Virus record (IMG/VR): IMGVR_UViG_3300025132_000025
Reading direction: 5' to 3' (one strand)
DNA length: 64,000 bases
Source of the DNA: an uncultured virus (IMG/VR IMGVR_UViG_3300025132_000025)
Lineage: Duplodnaviria > Heunggongvirae > Uroviricota > Caudoviricetes
Shown in pieces: positions 60,001 through 64,000 of the stretch. The notes under the pieces were generated by a model that ran no database searches, was not told where the DNA came from, and saw only the letters and a list, made by a program, of their open reading frames with translations. The translations under genes and the position numbers were made by a program. Positions within the stretch are counted from its first letter, which is position 1. Each line of letters begins with the position of its first letter.

Positions 60001-63000
60001 TATTCTTAAGATACTTAAAGATGCTAATGTAAGCGACAAGACAGCTAAACGAATAGCTGCTGCATATAGAAGAATTAATTCTACAGATGCTCAGGGTTAT
60101 ACTACTCTAGAGTTCCATAAAAAACAAATGGAATCTGATGGTAGTTGGACACCAGCTCATGACATTGCATATGAAAAATATTGGTCAAAAGGATTAATGG
60201 GAGACTCTAAAGCAAGAGCACTATTATTAGATCCTAGAAAGACTTATTACTTTGGAGAAAGATTAGTAATTGATTCTCAAGGAAATGAAAGTATAGTATG
60301 GGAGCAAATTAAACACTCAACTATTCCTTTACTTAGAGAATTCACAGAACAATTTAAAGAGACACCAGGAGATAAGAAAGTAACATTAAATCAATTACGT
60401 ATCCGAATGGAGAGAAAAGATAGCCCTATTGATATGGTTAACTTTGAATCTGCTGTTAAGATCGGTGCTGCAGGTAAACTAAATTTAAATATTAATAATT
60501 TAGATACCATAAAAGTAAATCAATTAGAGACTAGACATCTTAGAAGCCCACAAGTGATTGAGACTAAAACTAAAGCGCCTCTAGATGGAACACAAATGGC
60601 TAAATTAATCTTAGCAAACATTAGTCCCTCGGCTACATACAATATGTTTGGTTCTGAAATGAGTGGAGCAGATGTTTTAGATTTATATAACGCTGCTTAT
60701 GCAGAGCGTATAGCCAGATCTCATAATAAACTAGAACAGTCATTAGGAGTAACTGCATATAGAGATGCCGTGAATAATAGAAATACTATGACTGTGGATC
60801 AATTTAATAAGGCACAATTAGATTTCTTATTAAGAGTAAGAGATGTGGTTACAAACAGCCTTGAGCAAAGAGATCTACCTAGTAACTATTATGCTGCATT
60901 AGATATACAAAGATTAGTAGACGACGTTAATGCATATGGATTTGAAGCGCCATTATCTTTCCCGCCGTTCGCTAAACGATTTGAATCAATTTTATTATCT
61001 CTATTTAAAAACCAAGTACTTAAGCAGAACTTCAACGGTATGAGTGTAGTTCAAGTAGCTGAATTTGGATACGAAATAGATAATAGATTACAAATTAAAC
61101 CACATGAAAATGGAGGAGTATATGCTGAAGTAGCATTGCCGTATGAATTAGCAACGAAGATTGGATTAAAACCAGGAGAAGTAGTTGATGGGTCAGATAT
61201 ATATGATTTAATTGGATACAGAATCCCTACACAGGGTAAAAATTCTATGTTATCACTTAAGGTAGTAAAAATATTACCTGAAAATATGGGTGGTGTTATT
61301 ATGCTTCCAGCAGAGATCACTACAATGATGGGGTCTGACTTTGATATTGATAAGATGTATCTCATGATGCCTGAATTATCTAAAGACAAATCTAAGATTA
61401 GTGCTTTTGATTTAGCTAGGTATAATGAAAAGAAATCCTTTGAAGGTCTTTCAGATAAAGCATTAACAAATGTATTATTTGATTTACGACAAGGTATTAT
61501 TACATCTAGAAATCATTTAGTTGAACAACTAGATCCGCTAGACTCTCCGACGTACGAAAATAAATTAAAGGAATATGAAAGTAAAGGCTTGATTACTAGT
61601 CTAGCTAACATGAATATTAATTCATTTGCTGCAGATATATATCTAGAAAAGATTAATAAAGATGCCGGAATGTTAATTGGTATATTCTCATTACATTCTA
61701 CAGGTCACTCTGTTGCACAGCAAGTTGGATTAGAAATAAATGAAGGGTTTGGTATTAATATAAGAGTTGATGGTAAGAAGACTCACACATCTTTAAGTAA
61801 GATAGAAGGTTTTGACGGTAGATTTATATCTTCTTATTTATCAGAAGATCAAAATGAATCATTAGATAATGCAAAGTATCAAAGAATCGGGCGTGTAAAT
61901 GTAACAGTATATAATAGTAATGTAGTAGCATTATTAAATAGAGCTGGATTTAGTAATGATATAGTACTCGACTTTATTAATCAGCCTATCATGAGACAGT
62001 TCTTTGAAAAGAGATATAAAGCTGATCCAAGTGTAACAGACATACAGATAGCAAAAGAAATTGCAAACAGTTATAACTTAGGAGTTGAGTTTGATAATAT
62101 GAGAGAGGGAGATATAGGATTTACTCCTACTGCTAATTATTTGTCAGAGTCATTACGAGCAAACATGATGGACCCGGGTGTTGCAAGAGATCAAATACAA
62201 TTATTATCAGACTATTTAAATTACTCTAAAGTAGGAAGAGATTTAGCTTTATTTAATACAGTGGTATCTCCGGAAACATTAAAGAATTTATCTAGATTAA
62301 GTTTTATTGAAAACTACCAAGGTAAGATAGAGTACTTAAATGGACCTGGATCATCATTAACATTAGCAAACAGTACCGCTAGAATAGAAGCTTACCAAAA
62401 GTTTGGACTACAGGCAGCTGTTGATTTTGTATCTGAGTTCGTCCCTTACAATAAACCGGGGTACACAGAACTTAAGCATCAAATAGCTGAGGCAACAGGA
62501 CAAAGAAATAATATATTATCTCCTGAACTTACAGACGTAATTAATTCTATGGGATTATATTGGGCCCTTACAAAGAAAGGATCTCCATTCTCAAGTATGA
62601 TATACGAGAATAGTGAAGCTGTAAGAAAGCTTCTATTTACAAAAGAGAATTCTTTAATACAGCATATGGAGAAGATCAAAAATAAGTATGGATTACAAAA
62701 TGATATATTCCTAGGTATGTTATTCGGGCATGAATCAAATGTAAATGTAGATAATTACTTACAGTTGATAGCTTTTAATAATACATCTAAATTAGGAGTA
62801 GACCAGTTAGATGCTATTACAAACAGATGGGCAGAATTATTAGTGGATGAAAGATCTGAAGTAAGAACATTAGCTCAGAATTTAGCTAAGTATGCGGTAC
62901 TTACATCAGGATTTATGTTAGGCCCTAATTCGTTTGTTGATTTAGTACCCATGTCATATTGGAAAAGCTCAGGACTTACGGAATATTTCCGTAAAGAAGA

Positions 63001-64000
63001 ACGTGGTATGAGTTATGAGAATTACTTTACTGGCGCTGCAGAGCAGATCATTAGAAACATGTTTACAGAACAGGGTCTTCTTATGACAGTAGATAATAAG
63101 AATGTAGAAACTTCAGACCAAGTAAGAAAAGATTATAAGCTTGGTAAAAATGAATACTTCATACATCAAGATAGTAATCCTCAATTAATTACAGAAAAGG
63201 CAGATAATAGTAGAGGATACGTGAACTACTTTAAGTCATTTATGAATGATAAATTTAGATTATTTAAATTTAGATATAAGACTGAACGTGGAGCAGTTTA
63301 TGAAGAGATAGCACCATTAGGAGAAAGATTTAGATTGGTTGAGATGCAAGCAGATAATGCTGTTGTAGAAAGTATGAACCCTATAAATCAGGTAATAAAT
63401 CCTACAGTAGCGCCTAAAACTGAACTTACTCTAGATGAGATGACTGAAAATCAGCAAACTAATTTGACTGATTTACTTCAACTTACCCCTACAATAAAAG
63501 AAGCTACACTTAATACATTAGATCAGAGAATTGAGCAATGGTTAATGGAGCATTTCGGTATACCTGTACAGAAGTATGATAACCTTAAAAAGAAATTAGG
63601 AGTTGATGCGATAGGTATGGCAGACATGTTGAACCGTGCAGTACTTGTTGATAATAACAGAGATAAATATACATTATCTGAAGAAGCAGGACACTTCTAT
63701 GTAGAGATGATGGATAACGCTTCAATGAATAGGTTATTAGAACTAGTAAGACAAACTAAGACATTCCAAACAGTAAAAGAAGATTATAAGCATATATATA
63801 ATACAGAGTTAGATTTCCAAAAAGAAGCAGCTGGTAAAATATTATCTAAATATCTTGTAGGTCAATATGAAGGAGAAGCAGTAACGGAAGACTATGGATC
63901 AGGACTTCTCGGTACACTAGCTAAGGTATGGGATGCAATTAAAAGGTTCTTCAGTGGTAGACGAGGTCAAGTTAATGCCTTGAATGAGCAATTAACTGAG
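51044..64000 (+). CDS. Giant virion DNA-dependent RNA polymerase polyprotein (>4319 aa, 3'-truncated by the window)
   Basis: ATG at 51044; in-frame NSTDAQGY (~60080), GYRIPTQGKNSM (~61215) and catalytic GSDFDIDK (DFDIDK at 61337-61354); last codons of the window are in the same frame; absent from the ORF track, consistent with no stop before the window end. Confidence 0.9.
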   Translation, partial: MSEENKQSPIIPPVNTTTNLDPITSLPVEAPPFKGTLLEKIDKIDGGFYGNRFNRPTVVPGNPYANEDVTWDVKDFSDIDRKLYENQSGWGQFGGFLMQAGVGEILGGTIEGFGSLLDMLDGSLMDDFGLDTGWNDQDYGILDEMSSSLTGLGKYLRSSAESVAPIYSKPTADKFRPGDGDWWAKNGVSVVSTLSLMIPGLAVTKGLGMAGRMARRVNVATKNLKGAKASSWIANKLTLSRTQKWLTKSAVMGLSMRHMENYREAGETYGQSYDKNYDFFGNDEKLDKFLETASGKEMLESYGLSPDDPGTREAAANWVAGKAASSSYNTNYANLVFDIAQSALFFRGVGRSTRAGFLGHTKKVQKAQNAALKAPKLPKTKIGKLLNKTKRTRNFLFWSGTEGIEEQINFISMQEGIRHGDVLAGNTGYEENPEFKEGNFVDRLNDYYADGELWTASLMGTIGGGIFTGISIAKNAKATKARNAEAIKEIGNRVDFLRESLKKRQKAQEMGDENAVKEQDELMALEMALNAARAGTTDLLIDMINDPVYEELLGEYGIAAEDVAGNRDALIDTILKTEKKFNKYVNAITGTKYSYGVANALTQMDMAVEIYDKLIKSVTNQIEDSSNNDAYTNEMFSTGPNTKARYELKAKREALLNQIEQMKFLRDQAATESTNQDPEASDKSRQEAKDLMEMFDGLMEGAQKELGRIDAEQLKLEKDSKESYEDDAFKTEQEFLSKVNTKSKQALEAKKRNFILNRNAAWQRMQDILDGKWEKEKVDQGFETEDQKQELKRAISEGREDIAKSTMDEAIKQDFRDLITDNPNVTEQEIRDFFAQYPDNAEIQEYGQEMIERFLTMQSRQEYRNAIEELRRQADEVGADVQSELDKKMEKFRKDIFDPKISRRESARRTKLEQEYQKNKRDFNLWLYGDEASKDYLISDLFDDITKTVQVVWGDKIGSLYRDAQTNELIFREADTNKEYIVTESLNDKVFRDSKGQFTSGPTLGYLDMQLLRSANLDIVLEADGRTFLIDNEYYNNLQSDPANAIEYDSEANIVSVTLTKWDGTKVTFTSPSVTYELADVIETMEAVKRTRFRELVQDDFLIVEHNGKEYIVSYEQTDLFTEQLVATDIDGVAMPAGEDLEAVLRQANLKLSTAIQNEINKLKEVYNEIRTTEQAPASRITGETIKQDEVGSSEISAEPEKLQTSTATTTGTTSNTSPEQKQSESSLEEQERLIDNAEKKVDENSKIDEEKQDDAAINVDAQDQNSGLLEIVEATSGETSGQTSAEQARPIETSNTPTETSNYMLGKTYPQAWGKQFMSDMTEYGEYQNLRDKDGNLIEELMSPTGKPYNVINIDQLTGPQLEAMNNGDPMYQQLYILEPLLGPNNNIQKEGNRILESNKLVPFKFNGKAAVRVQIKNDAVKMSEVFDTKLLNSPELGVGTKVVLRVEPNWPFFKTDQAGMGVITVRLASNTDIILSVFSAASGQKPLNTAIRKKVSKFMRENPGQDIPATIAGKTGGYVINLKHEGKSIQQNLDILGPDVIFGIDLGGQGVNYNNTNENNFESEFTEQGYLYARIKAANGKYIPVRLQTNTLSDKAVQILLDTLIADNLTAEDKQLLVEQIVHLPRGTNADAQFKLGGKTNKTFAASFDVTMDNFQIKFPFRGGVIGIQYNMEGKDGNARNNLLNALEGKEFLYKAYDAQGNIIPITGNEITSTHENTGKKNTLRNSSALQVTPTEVRDALVEHLKSKVYNIQKSKINTKEEYRNPLSDTSFANYDTFLKEMDIVSTDIPGAGQQQFSHSRLYLNIPESSFTPEDKTAPEFIKDDSKIELIPVPEPEGEFDVVSSSEPSLSDVLGGEPVIQEEGNEVAQSNELTDVVAAWLQTPEGSLDNQTAEQSAGKFAVEFSKRSELSKKIAEKADEDVTGGDLFDMIGQGMNVMDKVQKEIERQKSSKLISSSQNKISQQINEVDPSKDDDFDIKLRQYEQVGPGYDLMTETEKQWVLDRFGEEALDIVNRVKYMTLKDGRQAWGYYHNGLMTVAEGAMAGTAYWEAFRRIYDLHLTEDEKSSIELEAIEKYGQNADIETKLAEDFKDYMLTENAEGFGAAIKRFFRDLMYHIKNMLGMRSEIEYLFRDLNKREFTKYTAKEAAELSQASAPKLREKRGYNLDQSREIVKNINYKLAEALKAKYAKKAEDAKNVTEAEREQIKEQWRESLTNPNELKGAYESIRQQWEAAGKRLSQSEDVNQKNKGINAVNATKPDVWYDVLDEFGNVISPGFQSLAVRGLRSQFGVKYTIKKGGEINYTNPVVEEPITDEDTDIVEEGLQSKEKLHGVNFYNTPVKQTLSKDIKFELGFITEQDSKGNTIYGKVLGLPTYMEFDEVYAYLSVNLANVPQGKVIAKLAELAESGHHMVEQVLQIYTKANKQWQNKFVSHFNKQNIRFKTLILAPNGTVKVVHTNRNGLEQQIIRRWVDNRNETEIYNPTTGKEDALSAPAITKLQELYDLTTKLSRENANKRDYLKAFKNTLDYAGIRLSDEAYLAMLKDETLTVRDINSYMVGNSSFEHIMKALLKFQNPYMKGSAETGALRRLAKLDASFRIDNYVASFMSGAKKPIYSINLNTYDSKTTLELRSDETYENAILTRFRDKFYSPSENNRHVILGLLLAYPEVREAFQLSTFDVVREASNGGKASSYSQMSDSLSAVTRFAMFFNSGLSFGEFNTGTKGDKTQSKYITLPKISPRSKYNLWRSNSLGREGYVDTAVNLLMPAVFGELARISKVNKQLFGPNPISLDEQIEYLHYAKEKGDNLGQGLRFVQFPTLNTSDFFTESGRLRENETMNLSVEQLTLIKTKVREYVEQQIEATLETLVETGAVSKTEGGVYKNELLPGQAIEGKTTAAEGILPALLEFAINDIVYKPYISTTFGPDLAYYKADSTGNPIIEAGKRAYQSVTPGIDAVWNEDKQYGLPSKFNHAIIEDVFVNSEESILKILKDANVSDKTAKRIAAAYRRINSTDAQGYTTLEFHKKQMESDGSWTPAHDIAYEKYWSKGLMGDSKARALLLDPRKTYYFGERLVIDSQGNESIVWEQIKHSTIPLLREFTEQFKETPGDKKVTLNQLRIRMERKDSPIDMVNFESAVKIGAAGKLNLNINNLDTIKVNQLETRHLRSPQVIETKTKAPLDGTQMAKLILANISPSATYNMFGSEMSGADVLDLYNAAYAERIARSHNKLEQSLGVTAYRDAVNNRNTMTVDQFNKAQLDFLLRVRDVVTNSLEQRDLPSNYYAALDIQRLVDDVNAYGFEAPLSFPPFAKRFESILLSLFKNQVLKQNFNGMSVVQVAEFGYEIDNRLQIKPHENGGVYAEVALPYELATKIGLKPGEVVDGSDIYDLIGYRIPTQGKNSMLSLKVVKILPENMGGVIMLPAEITTMMGSDFDIDKMYLMMPELSKDKSKISAFDLARYNEKKSFEGLSDKALTNVLFDLRQGIITSRNHLVEQLDPLDSPTYENKLKEYESKGLITSLANMNINSFAADIYLEKINKDAGMLIGIFSLHSTGHSVAQQVGLEINEGFGINIRVDGKKTHTSLSKIEGFDGRFISSYLSEDQNESLDNAKYQRIGRVNVTVYNSNVVALLNRAGFSNDIVLDFINQPIMRQFFEKRYKADPSVTDIQIAKEIANSYNLGVEFDNMREGDIGFTPTANYLSESLRANMMDPGVARDQIQLLSDYLNYSKVGRDLALFNTVVSPETLKNLSRLSFIENYQGKIEYLNGPGSSLTLANSTARIEAYQKFGLQAAVDFVSEFVPYNKPGYTELKHQIAEATGQRNNILSPELTDVINSMGLYWALTKKGSPFSSMIYENSEAVRKLLFTKENSLIQHMEKIKNKYGLQNDIFLGMLFGHESNVNVDNYLQLIAFNNTSKLGVDQLDAITNRWAELLVDERSEVRTLAQNLAKYAVLTSGFMLGPNSFVDLVPMSYWKSSGLTEYFRKEERGMSYENYFTGAAEQIIRNMFTEQGLLMTVDNKNVETSDQVRKDYKLGKNEYFIHQDSNPQLITEKADNSRGYVNYFKSFMNDKFRLFKFRYKTERGAVYEEIAPLGERFRLVEMQADNAVVESMNPINQVINPTVAPKTELTLDEMTENQQTNLTDLLQLTPTIKEATLNTLDQRIEQWLMEHFGIPVQKYDNLKKKLGVDAIGMADMLNRAVLVDNNRDKYTLSEEAGHFYVEMMDNASMNRLLELVRQTKTFQTVKEDYKHIYNTELDFQKEAAGKILSKYLVGQYEGEAVTEDYGSGLLGTLAKVWDAIKRFFSGRRGQVNALNEQLTE

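Noticed and set aside
3566..62679. Minus-strand and alternate-frame short ORFs in the track (e.g. 20346-20843, 50370-50702, 54385-54783, 53667-53855)
   Set aside because: They lie within long, motif-bearing + strand genes and look like antisense or frame shadows
532..64000. Stop-codon reassignment (TAG/TGA), known in some crAss-like phages
   Set aside because: Very long genes are intact in the standard code, and TGA (1530, 4657, 37358) and TAG (36946) appear to end genes at sensible junctions
1..64000. CRISPR array, rRNA, integrase or IS element
   Set aside because: No regularly spaced direct repeats, rRNA-like sequence, or recombinase/transposase motifs seen

Overview
AT-rich, gene-dense segment of a crAss-like phage (Crassvirales-type podovirus, probably infecting a Bacteroidota/Flavobacteria host), read in the standard genetic code. 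After a strand switch at ~330-530 everything is on the + strand, in this order: an initiator-like tRNA(CAT), an HU/IHF homolog and a putative terminase small subunit; an envelope/lysis cassette (beta-barrel-like protein, non-redox thioredoxin fold, holin-like proteins, M15 endolysin); TerL, portal, a dual peptidoglycan hydrolase, scaffold, major capsid protein and head/ring proteins; tail fibres, including a 3664-aa Cys-rich modular fibre with a matrixin-like metalloprotease; a second holin/spanin-like pair, a NUMOD1-phosphoesterase, IHF, and tail tubular and stabilization (muzzle) proteins; two cargo/ejection proteins; and a >4300-aa virion RNA polymerase polyprotein (DFDIDK motif) that is missing from the ORF track because it runs off the window end. 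Six Bacteroidota TAnnTTTG promoter elements punctuate the late region. The most novel-looking items are the Cys-module fibre scaffold with passenger domains inserted into its repeats, a shared [FY]xxGG[ND]P motif in putative capsid-packaged proteins, and the envelope cassette. All assignments come from motif recognition and synteny; no database searches were run.
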